From a virus: a stretch of DNA of 64,000 bases. The stretch covers positions 52,569-116,568 of IMG/VR virus record IMGVR_UViG_3300032770_000009; one strand, given 5' to 3'. A program made the position numbers and the translations under genes. How positions within the stretch are numbered: the first letter of the stretch is position 1; every line of letters begins with the position of its first letter. The notes beneath the pieces were generated by a model. The model did no database searches. It was not told where the DNA came from and worked only from the letters and a program-made list of their open reading frames with translations. Shown piece by piece: positions 51,418 to 60,828 of the stretch.

Positions 51418-52601
51418 CTAAACTCCTATGTCTGATATATCCGTAACAAGTTTGGCCTTAGAGCCGAATGTAAGCACATGCTGATGCACAACATCGTAAA
51501 CAGCTACGATATCAGGATTGTTAACTAACATCTTAGCTAATTTCTCTGGTGTAGAGCTGAACACAGATCTAACCGGGATAGAAAGTTCCTCTAGCTTCTC
51601 CTGTATAACCGCTGCTGCTTCCTTCGGAAACCATGTGACAACATGAAAATTATAGTCAGACTGCCAGGTAAGATACAAGATCTTGTTAAGCACAGCATTA
51701 TTGAGAGTGAACTGGAATATAACAGAATCCCATAACCCCTGCTCTTTGTACTTAACATACTCGTCAACTTTGTCCGCTGGCAGATGACCAATCAACCCTT
51801 CGAACACAATAAGAACACGCGGTGCTGTCTTGTTACTTAAATCTCCTCCAAGCATTACCTTCTCCTCCCTCCCTTGGGTTGACAACTTCGGCTGACATAT
51901 GATAGACTGTTCCTATCAAGCGGCGGTCCCTCCTACGTCGCCTATCGGTTCGGCCCCGTTCAGTTGACCTTGGTCCTGCGGGGCTGTTCCGTCTCTTTTC
52001 TTTCTAGTTTTTACAGTCGTTTTGCTGTCTCCCACTGAACTACTAGTATCATCAGCAACGCTATCGCTATCAGTGAGAAGATTATTCCCCAGCCCAGTGC
52101 GTAAGACATGAATGCCTACATGAAAACTCATTCTTTCTTGTCCTTCTTTTCTTTTTCCTTTTTCTTTCCGCCGCGCTCGTAACCCTTGTAGTAGGTGTAA
52201 CCTAGTACGGCTGCTTCTAGTATCAGTAACGCAATTGCCCCGTCCGGGGTCATATATCCTCCTCACATAGTTACCGGGTACAGACCTTTTTCCAGATCCA
52301 GCACCTGTATGTTATGTTCCCAGCAGTAGGAAACTTTATCTGGTCTCGTAGTAGGGTCTAGCACTATGTATATTTTTTCTCCCGGCATAGCCAGGTCGTC
52401 TAGTACGCTTGGAACTTGATTCCAGTTAGCGAAACCTGTGTCTTCAAAATCCTTCAGCACTGACAGCACTGTTTCAGAGAGCGGACCCATGATAAGCCCG
52501 GTTATGAACACAGGAAAGGTGTAAGGGGTTGCTATGTCTCTTAGAAGATCCCTAGCCGCGTTTCTTGATACGCTGCCGTCGCCATCGATGATGAATTTCA
52601 T
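51418..52601 (-). CDS. hypothetical genes (51418-51885 degenerate HAD-like; 52263-52601; uncertain small ORFs between)
   Basis: GGAGG RBS; 52601 follows the promoter at 52632. Confidence 0.6.
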
Positions 52602-52631
52602 TTCGTCCCTCCTCGCTGGTTGACAGATGCC

Positions 52632-52687
52632 ACCCTAGCATGAGCAGGGACGATTGTCAAACGGACATCAGGGGACAAACTAGGACA
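52632..52687 (-). promoter_or_regulatory. promoter heading the replication module, three GGACA boxes
   Basis: TTGACA(52660)-N17-TAGGGT; GGACA at 52663, 52673, 52683. Confidence 0.82.
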
Positions 52688-52692
52688 TGGCC

Positions 52693-52796
52693 AGGAAGGG
52701 ACCAAACAGCCACGCTGAGAGCCTTAAGAGTCTGACCCTTCTCCTGACACCTAAAGCTGGAGAAAATCCGTTAGCGTGGCTGTCCGCCTCGTACAG
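52693..52796. repeat. dispersed ~105-bp element, copy 4
   Basis: ACAGCCACGCT/AGCGTGGCTGT inverted repeat, ending GTACAG at conserved spacing. Confidence 0.6.
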
Positions 52797-52803
52797 ATAC
52801 CCT

Positions 52804-54540
52804 CTACTCGATAGGAGGCACTGAGTAGACAGGATTAGTGTATGAAATGCCTAGTGGCGTGTGTCTTGCCAGTACATTGTTAACCGCTTGCTGTCTTACT
52901 GCCATCTGTGCGTAGTAGTAACTTCTAGACAAACCGGCTGAGTCCTGAACTGCATCCCATGTGTAGTTAATTCCTGTAGAGCCGTCGAAATACCCCTGTA
53001 GTATCTCTCCTTGCTCAACTAGTACAGCGTCGATCCACATGTGAGTAGGATAACTAACGTCACCAGCAGAGACAGATGTTATCTGTAATGTTTCGCTGTC
53101 GCCTGATGCTGTGAAAGTAACATAGATTCTGTACCATGTGTTTGTAGGAAGGTCAGATGTTGGATTGAACCCACCATAAGGGCCGCCGCCGTAACCATCG
53201 AAACTATAGCCCGTACCTCCAGTAGACTGGATAGAAGTAGATCCGTTGCCTATGTCAAGCACTATGTTATTCAGTCCGTGTCCGGATTTAACGTAAGCAG
53301 ATGCTATATAGTTAAACCCTGGAAGCAGATCCGGTATTGTTATCTGTGCTCCGTCGAAGTCAGCGTTAATAGTGACATTGCAAGAGTAGTTTCCTGCTGT
53401 TAATATTGTCTCGTCGTATACTGCTATATCTCCTACTGTAACTGTATTATCTCTAGCTAATGTAGCTGAACCTATAGCTGACCAGTAAGCTGTAGAAACC
53501 TCAAATGACGGATTGTTAACAAAGTTAATTCTGTCAGCTACTATGATCGAATGTATAGTCCTAGGATTATCAAAGACAGGCGGAGTATTTCCTCCTACTA
53601 TAGGTGCTATACCCGCATACACTTTAGTAACTTGAGCGAAATCATTTTGCGGAGCACTCTGGAAATCCCATCCAAGTGCGGCGAATGCTGCTCTGCGATA
53701 CAGAACGTCACCGTTAGATACCAGGTAATCGTATGGAGGTACAAACGTAGCCCATGACTGCTGCCATGTTCCGCTCATAGTTATGCCTGCGTTGTTCCAT
53801 GATACATATGACTGAGCAGGATCAGGATCAGTTAACGCCGCTACAGCAAAATCTTTTATCGCACTTAAAGGACCAGCAGCGCCGGTAAATACTACAGGAC
53901 TGTAAGTATGCTGCGATGTAGGTAAGGGATCTGCTGCGAATGCTTCTCCGACATCAAGTATGTTAACTTTCGCTGTAGCCGTGTGCTGTATAGAAGTAGC
54001 TTTTATGGGATTCTCATACAAACACCACGATATACCAAAGAAATCTTCATTCCAGAAACATCCGTCTTGGTCGCCGTCACAATACGGATGACAAGGAGAA
54101 GTGTCTTCTACCTGGCAGCCTGTGTAATGAAACTGACACTCTTGTATAGTGGTTGCTTCTAGATGTAATTCAACTTCATTGCCGCCGAAGAACGCAATGT
54201 CCTGAATAATTACGCGGTTCCATGTTTCAGTCAGTGTTATGTGCTGAACGCCCACAACGTTACCGTCAGCGTATACATAAGCCGTTATAGTTCCAGTGCC
54301 GCTGACGAAACATGACGCTGAACCTGTGCAGTCTTCTGGTATAGTTACCGAGCCTGTTTTAACTCCTTCTCCTGACACTTTGCCTGGACATGTGACAAGA
54401 GCTGACGCGGTACCGTACAGAATATTAGACACGTCAAGGTTGACAATAGTTTCCGCTGTCTTAGCCGCTACTCCTGCTAATCCGTTTTGAAAAGCAGGAT
54501 TAGAATGAAAATTATTTGTATAGTTTCCGTTGAATGTCAT
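52804..54540 (-). CDS. minor tail protein with carbohydrate-binding-like repeats
   Basis: Two NP.F...-type CBM-like repeats, TW.R motifs, Y[CF]DG; located in the tail operon. Confidence 0.75.
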   Translation of the reverse strand: MTFNGNYTNNFHSNPAFQNGLAGVAAKTAETIVNLDVSNILYGTASALVTCPGKVSGEGVKTGSVTIPEDCTGSASCFVSGTGTITAYVYADGNVVGVQHITLTETWNRVIIQDIAFFGGNEVELHLEATTIQECQFHYTGCQVEDTSPCHPYCDGDQDGCFWNEDFFGISWCLYENPIKATSIQHTATAKVNILDVGEAFAADPLPTSQHTYSPVVFTGAAGPLSAIKDFAVAALTDPDPAQSYVSWNNAGITMSGTWQQSWATFVPPYDYLVSNGDVLYRRAAFAALGWDFQSAPQNDFAQVTKVYAGIAPIVGGNTPPVFDNPRTIHSIIVADRINFVNNPSFEVSTAYWSAIGSATLARDNTVTVGDIAVYDETILTAGNYSCNVTINADFDGAQITIPDLLPGFNYIASAYVKSGHGLNNIVLDIGNGSTSIQSTGGTGYSFDGYGGGPYGGFNPTSDLPTNTWYRIYVTFTASGDSETLQITSVSAGDVSYPTHMWIDAVLVEQGEILQGYFDGSTGINYTWDAVQDSAGLSRSYYYAQMAVRQQAVNNVLARHTPLGISYTNPVYSVPPIE

Positions 54541-54544
54541 TTAG

Positions 54545-56638
54545 TTAGCTCCCGTAATCAGCGCCGTAAAGTGAGGTGTATTCATCAGGTGAAGTAAGTC
54601 CGGTTAGCTGCTCATATGCTATACCGAATGACGTCTGGGTACTATTGAATGAAGTAGAAGAAGACAAAACTGAAACTCCGTTTCTATAAACGGTGATGAT
54701 GTTACCGTTTAAAGTTACTACCATTCTGTCACCAGCAACAAAAGGTGTTGAGTAGTTTCCTATAACAGAGAAAGTACCGGCATTATTTTCCACTAACTCA
54801 GTCATCGTAGCTTCAAGATAACTGGTGGCAGAAGCGTATCTTAGTATTAAGCCAGTTACCCATTCAGCGGTAGGATTTGTGACAAATGTTATTCCTGCTT
54901 GTGCATTTGCTGATCCTGTATTTACAACAGCTATACTTCTGGCTGCTTGATTAGACGGGTAAGCACATCCGTTAGCATAAGGAGATACAGTAAAGTTTCC
55001 TGTTGCTACAGTCCAGTTGTAAACTCCGTCGTCTAAAGCTGTATAAGAAGAAAGTTGCTCTCCTACTCCTGTAACAAATGAATCGAATGCTACTCCATTA
55101 GGAAGCGATGGTTCAGTCCCGTTGTTTTTTGCGAATATCCTTGTTATAAAGTTGCCGCTTGTGTCGAACCATTCTATAAAAGGAACAACTGTGAGAGAAG
55201 ACCCTTTTACATATGCAGAGCTTACAATTCTAAGTCTCTGATTGTAATTCAGCGGCTCCCAGTCAAGGCTGTTAGTACCTGGAGATGCATAAGGAGGAAC
55301 TGAATTTTCAGATGTTCTTAATGCCATGAACGGCTGGTTATTGTACAGCACTATTTCTTGAGGGTAGTAAGTTACAGTGCTGTCCCATTCCTTAGCTGTA
55401 AGTACAGACGGCACAGGTATACCGTCAGCTATGGCCTGATACGGATCTGGATACGTTTGTGTCATGACAGACGGAGTTCTTGAAACAGATCGTGCCCACA
55501 TGTCACTAGTAGAAGCATTTATATTCTTAACTTGCAGTGCGTTGGCATTGTTATGCAGTGTAGCTATCGGATCTTGAACACCTATAACTTCTGTCAGGCC
55601 GCCAGCAGGTAGTAAGGAGTTAGGGGTTAGGGTATAAATACCTTCCCATGTGTCTACGCCTCCGGTTACAGAGTTGTTAAGGACTGTACTTGTTACTGCC
55701 TGCTGTACTTGCCACCATGTATTAGAAGATGTGCTTCCAGATGGTGCCTGACCGTAATTAGTTCCGTTAATACATATGTAAATATAGTCATTGTAAGTTA
55801 TGAGTTCGTTAATATTATAGTTAAGATACGGACTCCAGTCACCAGGTACAGGGTCTTCAAAGAATGACTGGTCATTTGACAGCATCAAATTAGGACCGAT
55901 CCACAAGTTAGCATTATAGCCGGTAAGAGCAGACAGCTCTGTCATCAGCCCTTGTAGTGTTCCTTTAGTTTTATTTATAACGGCGTTATAGAACACAGCC
56001 TTTCGCAAGGTGTACGGAGAGACAGCAGGATTGATATCAAGACCAAGCTCAGCAGCTAAATTGTACAGATCATCCAAAGGTATATTTATCGCGTCATTGA
56101 AATTCTGATATGTGTCGTACTGGGTACGCAGATAGTCTATTCCCCATCCGAATACAGCCATAAATGAGTTAAGAAATAAATTACCTGTTGGGTTAGCTTG
56201 CAGTTCGTCAGTATTGTTAGCTAAATTGACATAGAAATTAGGTATGAGATTCAGCATAGACGAAGCCGAATCATAATTCCTGAGCATTAAACATGCTGTA
56301 TTTCCAGCGGCAACCCATAAGTTGTCAATATCATTAACTTGTACAAAAAATCCATAGTAATGATAAGCACCCGGTGTTATATTTATATCCGAATAAGCTG
56401 TACCGGGAAATCCTGAAGCTGAATCTATAACTACAGATCCGTCATCTTGGTCCGTAGGGTATCCATTCATGTTTTTAACAAGACGCCATGCCGTTATAGT
56501 TCCAGATGGCCTGACCCACGATAGATTTATAGTACCGTAGTCATGCGGAACAGCAGTAAACGGATCAACCGAAAACTGCGGTGGTGCTGTGAATCCGTAA
56601 ACTTGCTGGCCATAAATCGAAATCCCATATATGGCCAT
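54545..56638 (-). CDS. baseplate/minor tail protein
   Basis: FN3-like N-terminus, L..LA.ELG...LRK....KTKGT..G tail-protein-I-like segment, W....Y...E.. repeats. Confidence 0.75.
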   Translation of the reverse strand: MAIYGISIYGQQVYGFTAPPQFSVDPFTAVPHDYGTINLSWVRPSGTITAWRLVKNMNGYPTDQDDGSVVIDSASGFPGTAYSDINITPGAYHYYGFFVQVNDIDNLWVAAGNTACLMLRNYDSASSMLNLIPNFYVNLANNTDELQANPTGNLFLNSFMAVFGWGIDYLRTQYDTYQNFNDAINIPLDDLYNLAAELGLDINPAVSPYTLRKAVFYNAVINKTKGTLQGLMTELSALTGYNANLWIGPNLMLSNDQSFFEDPVPGDWSPYLNYNINELITYNDYIYICINGTNYGQAPSGSTSSNTWWQVQQAVTSTVLNNSVTGGVDTWEGIYTLTPNSLLPAGGLTEVIGVQDPIATLHNNANALQVKNINASTSDMWARSVSRTPSVMTQTYPDPYQAIADGIPVPSVLTAKEWDSTVTYYPQEIVLYNNQPFMALRTSENSVPPYASPGTNSLDWEPLNYNQRLRIVSSAYVKGSSLTVVPFIEWFDTSGNFITRIFAKNNGTEPSLPNGVAFDSFVTGVGEQLSSYTALDDGVYNWTVATGNFTVSPYANGCAYPSNQAARSIAVVNTGSANAQAGITFVTNPTAEWVTGLILRYASATSYLEATMTELVENNAGTFSVIGNYSTPFVAGDRMVVTLNGNIITVYRNGVSVLSSSTSFNSTQTSFGIAYEQLTGLTSPDEYTSLYGADYGS

Positions 56639-56645
56639 TCTACCA

Positions 56646-56674
56646 CTTGACCAATCCGTAAATCTCTGATAGTA
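56646..56674 (+). promoter_or_regulatory. promoter for antisense LAGLIDADG gene
   Basis: TTGACC-N17-TAGTAT. Confidence 0.55.
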
Positions 56675-57207
56675 TGTCTACATCAGATGAACTGCTAGAG
56701 AAGGGCTGTAACATGAAAACCTCTTGGAGAGAAGAACTGGCTTGGTCTGCTGGATTCTACGACGGAGAAGGAAATGCTAGACTGACTCATGGTGTGAATG
56801 ACTACGGACAAATGAGTATAAATCAAGTTAATGTCCTACCTTTAAAAAGATTCCAAGCCGCTGTACTTGGGCTCGGCCGGATAAACGGTCCATACAAACA
56901 CGGGGAATGGCAAGATATTTACACATGGCGAGTCAGCTCATTCCAAGACGTACAAGCTGTAGCTGTAATGTTATGGCCATTTTTAGAAGAAGTAAAAAAG
57001 AACCAGCTAAAGCCTGTATTAGAAAACATGCATTTCAGTCCGCCAACTTGGAAATCAGGAGAATCATTAGAAGGTATAACTTGTAAACGCGGACATCCTG
57101 CTTCAGTATATCGCACCAAATGGGGACAGTGCCGTGCATGTATGACGCTTTCTGATAGGGAGCGTCGTCCGCTTAAAGGAAATAAGTTAAAATATCCTGA
57201 CATTTAG
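56674..57207 (+). CDS. LAGLIDADG homing endonuclease (start likely 56713)
   Basis: LAWSAGFYDGEG helix, YTWRV, LWPFL..KK.Q; C-terminal CKRGH...CRAC. Confidence 0.85.
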   Translation: MSTSDELLEKGCNMKTSWREELAWSAGFYDGEGNARLTHGVNDYGQMSINQVNVLPLKRFQAAVLGLGRINGPYKHGEWQDIYTWRVSSFQDVQAVAVMLWPFLEEVKKNQLKPVLENMHFSPPTWKSGESLEGITCKRGHPASVYRTKWGQCRACMTLSDRERRPLKGNKLKYPDI

Positions 57208-57208
57208 A

Positions 57209-57961
57209 TTAACCACTTACGAAAGTTACAGTTGACGGTAGAGTCCTCAGCAGTACACCCTTAAGATTTATCTGCGGAACAGTGATGTTAGCGTGGCCGG
57301 TTCCGTTCTCAAGGTAAATAGAGATTCTGTCACCTGCGTGAAGAAGACCTTCAAAGTTAGTTCTAGTTGTAAACTGACGCTTGCCGTACTGATAGTATCT
57401 TGGGGTCTGTGTTGACTGCTGAACTGGAGATCCGTTAGGAGCATATACAAGACCTGTAACGTTTCCTGAGAACTGGCAGTCAAATACATGATCGTGTAAT
57501 ACGTTCGACGCTCCGTTAAGACAGCAGGAATGGTGAAGATAGCCTGTGTTGTACCAAGACCATGTAGCTATCGAACTAATAGCCCACCATCCATCGGCTG
57601 GAATAGTTATATCTGTTCCGTTATAGCATGAGTAAGGATCTAAGTTTGTCTTAAACGGACATAAAACACCAGCGGAATTATATGTTACCGGCACAGAATT
57701 CGCTATCAGTGAAACATAAGGAAGTGATTCTCCTGTCATCGCAGCAGAGATACGTGACGACACGGAAGAATAAGTTATAGGAGTTTGTCCTCCTATACCT
57801 GGCTCTGTCTGAGGATTAGTTCCCAGTATAGTTTCTATAGATTCTACTTCTGCTACTGTAGAGTTTATATCGTTGGCGAAATCGATATTTACGTTGTCAA
57901 CTCTGTCAGTCCACGGAAATACTCCTGACGGATAAACCGGCTGGATATTTGATAAGGCCAT
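57209..57961 (-). CDS. minor tail protein
   Basis: YP......DRVD.V...FANDIN....EV.SIE..LGTNP N-terminus; C1q-like beta-rich C-terminus. Confidence 0.7.
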   Translation of the reverse strand: MALSNIQPVYPSGVFPWTDRVDNVNIDFANDINSTVAEVESIETILGTNPQTEPGIGGQTPITYSSVSSRISAAMTGESLPYVSLIANSVPVTYNSAGVLCPFKTNLDPYSCYNGTDITIPADGWWAISSIATWSWYNTGYLHHSCCLNGASNVLHDHVFDCQFSGNVTGLVYAPNGSPVQQSTQTPRYYQYGKRQFTTRTNFEGLLHAGDRISIYLENGTGHANITVPQINLKGVLLRTLPSTVTFVSG

Positions 57962-57963
57962 TT

Positions 57964-59490
57964 TTATATGCCTCCTGATGCGGTTATGTAAATGTTACCG
58001 GCAACTGGAACTTCTGATGGCCGGAATTGAATGGGATTAGTGTTGCTCTGTATGACATCTTCTCTAGTAAATAACGGTATAACTACGTATGCGACCCCCG
58101 GCACAGACATAGCTGCTGCGTAAAGATCTGAAATATTAATTAGATCTCCGAACGTAGAGTTAGGTGGCGAAAGTACAGCCTGTAGTGCTAGTGTGACATT
58201 CTGCTGTACAACTAAACGACTGTAGTTAGGAAGAACTTGCAGTGTCATGTTATTACCCGAAGAACCAACGTCAACTTTGATAATAGCAGGAGTACCTATT
58301 GTAACTGTAGTCCCGGCTAACGTTCTAGTTGACAAATAATTCAGCAAATTAGCTTGCAAGCCTGTGTCTAGCGCTAGGTAGTTAGGTCCGAGAGCGTATA
58401 GCGTGACTGACGTAGAGTGATTAGCTACTGCCGAAACCTCTGTTACACCCTGTACGTTCAGAGACAGGGCTTCAAAGTCAGATGTGGTTATAGCTCTATT
58501 CTGCGTAGCATACGACTGAGGAGCATTAGCGCGTATCTGATCTATAGTTTCAGCATTCGCCCCGCCAGTCATGGCTGACGACTGGAATAATGTAGACGTA
58601 TCAGATGTGAACGGTACATATACACCCGGAGTATCAACTACCATAATACCAACTGATCCTGCTGGCTGGTTGCCGTTGGCTCCCACCCCTATTGTATATG
58701 TAGCATATATTATCAATCCGACACCAGGAATAAGACCGTTTATGTTGTCACCGAAGTTAACTGAGGTAATGCCGCTGCTGTTTGTTGACACACTGTAAAC
58801 CGTATCGTCTGGGCCGTATTCTATAAGATACGGAACTTGTGTCCACTGTGTAACACCTGATGATGATGACACAAATACAGACACCGATCCGTCTTCTACC
58901 CCTTTTTGAGGGATACTGAAAGACTGAGCCGCGACCCCGGTAGACACACCTAAGCTTCTCATAGTATAAGTTATACCTTGTGTCACTCCTACAGTAGCTG
59001 TTCCTCCGTTTTCAGGGACGGTTATCTCTTCGTCAGTTTGATACACAATAGGCGAGTCAGTTGTTGTATTGAACCCGGTAGATAACTGAGTACCAGCCGG
59101 TAAAGTTATAGATTGTCCTGGATTCACAGTCTGGAATGTTACTGTACCTGTAGCCGCTGAGCCGTTAGAAGGTGTGTAACCCAGAAGCTGAGCTATATTG
59201 TAAACCGATTGCAGTTGTGTTGCTGTAGGAAGATACGCTTCCTGAGATAATCTGTCACCATAAAAAGAAAGAATGTCTCCCATGTAAGCGAAAAGTTCCA
59301 CAAGCATAACACCGAAGTCCGCTTCTGATGATGTGTCCCATTCAGGAAAAATCACAGAAGCATAACTGAGCATCGATGTTACGAAGCCCACCCAGTCTTT
59401 AGATGTGTAATCTATAGCTGTTGGCGGTTGAAGAACTGAATAGAAAGATGGTTGCGGCGCTATAGATGTCTGCGCTACTTGACTAGCCAA
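57964..59490 (-). CDS. baseplate wedge protein (baseplate J / gp6-like)
   Basis: IDYTSKD, PEW....ADFG..LVELFAY.GD, FGD..NG.IP, GGANAETIDQIR..AP, RAIT..DF. Confidence 0.93.
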   Translation of the reverse strand: MASQVAQTSIAPQPSFYSVLQPPTAIDYTSKDWVGFVTSMLSYASVIFPEWDTSSEADFGVMLVELFAYMGDILSFYGDRLSQEAYLPTATQLQSVYNIAQLLGYTPSNGSAATGTVTFQTVNPGQSITLPAGTQLSTGFNTTTDSPIVYQTDEEITVPENGGTATVGVTQGITYTMRSLGVSTGVAAQSFSIPQKGVEDGSVSVFVSSSSGVTQWTQVPYLIEYGPDDTVYSVSTNSSGITSVNFGDNINGLIPGVGLIIYATYTIGVGANGNQPAGSVGIMVVDTPGVYVPFTSDTSTLFQSSAMTGGANAETIDQIRANAPQSYATQNRAITTSDFEALSLNVQGVTEVSAVANHSTSVTLYALGPNYLALDTGLQANLLNYLSTRTLAGTTVTIGTPAIIKVDVGSSGNNMTLQVLPNYSRLVVQQNVTLALQAVLSPPNSTFGDLINISDLYAAAMSVPGVAYVVIPLFTREDVIQSNTNPIQFRPSEVPVAGNIYITASGGI

Positions 59491-59872
59491 TTACTGTGCC
59501 TCCGACGAGTACCACCGCTGTCTTAATCGGTGTAAGTTGAGTGTTATTTGACAGAGAATAATCTATGTTAATTCTGTCTATTCCCGGTTCCTGCGATATA
59601 GACTGAACCGTTACGTTTTTTAATACTAGAGTCGGCTCCCACTTTGCAACTTGCTGCTGTATCTGAAAAGATAATACAGGCTGCTCTTTATCTATATCAG
59701 ATGCGAATAACTGAGCTGGTATATTTACACCGTAATCAGAAAGCATAACACGTTCACCGGGATATGTTCCAACTAGCGACTCCATACGGTCTTCACCTAT
59801 CTGATTAGGATCTTCAGTTGTACTTACCTGTCCGGTTGCAGTCAGCGCGAAAGGCATCGAAAAATTTGTCAT
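59483..59872 (-). CDS. gp25-like baseplate wedge subunit
   Basis: T.PGERVM..DYG, KWEP motifs. Confidence 0.9.
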   Translation of the reverse strand: MTNFSMPFALTATGQVSTTEDPNQIGEDRMESLVGTYPGERVMLSDYGVNIPAQLFASDIDKEQPVLSFQIQQQVAKWEPTLVLKNVTVQSISQEPGIDRINIDYSLSNNTQLTPIKTAVVLVGGTVIG

Positions 59873-60828
59873 TACAAATCCAATGGAACGAATATATGGA
59901 AGAATATTTCCTTATTTGCTACTGATATTCCAGTTATCTGTATACTTCCTGTATTAGACACGTTTACCCAAGGAGCGGAAGCAGAATTAGAAGAAGCTAC
60001 GTTATTCCACCCTGCCGGAAAATTCATAGTACCTGTAGCTGGAATATAACCAGATGGCAGGACAAAGCAAGTGCTGTTACCTGTAGCTGTAGTGTTAATA
60101 ATATCAGCAATTATTTCTACATGATTAGAAGCAGTCAGTCTGTATTTCAATCCAACTATCCCTGAACTAGCAGCCCATGAGTTAATTAAAGTAGCCGTGT
60201 GCCATGTCTCTGATGTCAAAGCTACAGAAGAAGATGCTCCAGGCGCGGCAGCGGTAACAGTTCCGATAACGTCTGCTCCGGTAGCACTCCAGCTAACAGG
60301 AGAAACAGTGGTTCCTGTTGTTGTTGTGTAGTTAAGACTACCGCTAGCATCAGAACCAGTGCCGCCGTCTAGTGACATCCCAGATGAATCGTCACCAGAT
60401 GTTCCAGTGCCTGCCGTTATCGACTGGTTAGACCCGGTTATGGTCGGATTATTCAGTGTTCCGTTATCAATAACAGAGTCAGTTATAGTTGTGTTATTAA
60501 TAATAGGAACAGTGGGTAGTCCAGGGACAGCCGTTGTTGTATTTGTGGTAGAAGCATACAAGTACAGCGGATGATTAATATCCCCACCGAGAAACATAGC
60601 CCACACTACTTGATTCATCATTGGTATAACAGGGTCGAAACCAACAGGAACAGCCCAGTTAGACGTAGAAGTACCCAAAACTTGAGGAACTTTAAGTGTC
60701 ACACGACTCTGCTTAAGAGGATCTTGGGTTGAAACTACAGAAGCGGTGTAAATACCAAGCCACATTCTTTTGGCCTGTGTGCCAGCAGCACCTACTGACG
60801 GAGACGGGTTAAGAAATTTACCAGACAT
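59872..60828 (-). CDS. baseplate spike (gpV/Gp5 OB-fold) with C-terminal extension
   Basis: GIY.A.V....DP..QSRV.LKVP...WA...VWAMFLGGDINHPLY; start ATG 60828. Confidence 0.88.
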   Translation of the reverse strand: MSGKFLNPSPSVGAAGTQAKRMWLGIYTASVVSTQDPLKQSRVTLKVPQVLGTSTSNWAVPVGFDPVIPMMNQVVWAMFLGGDINHPLYLYASTTNTTTAVPGLPTVPIINNTTITDSVIDNGTLNNPTITGSNQSITAGTGTSGDDSSGMSLDGGTGSDASGSLNYTTTTGTTVSPVSWSATGADVIGTVTAAAPGASSSVALTSETWHTATLINSWAASSGIVGLKYRLTASNHVEIIADIINTTATGNSTCFVLPSGYIPATGTMNFPAGWNNVASSNSASAPWVNVSNTGSIQITGISVANKEIFFHIFVPLDL

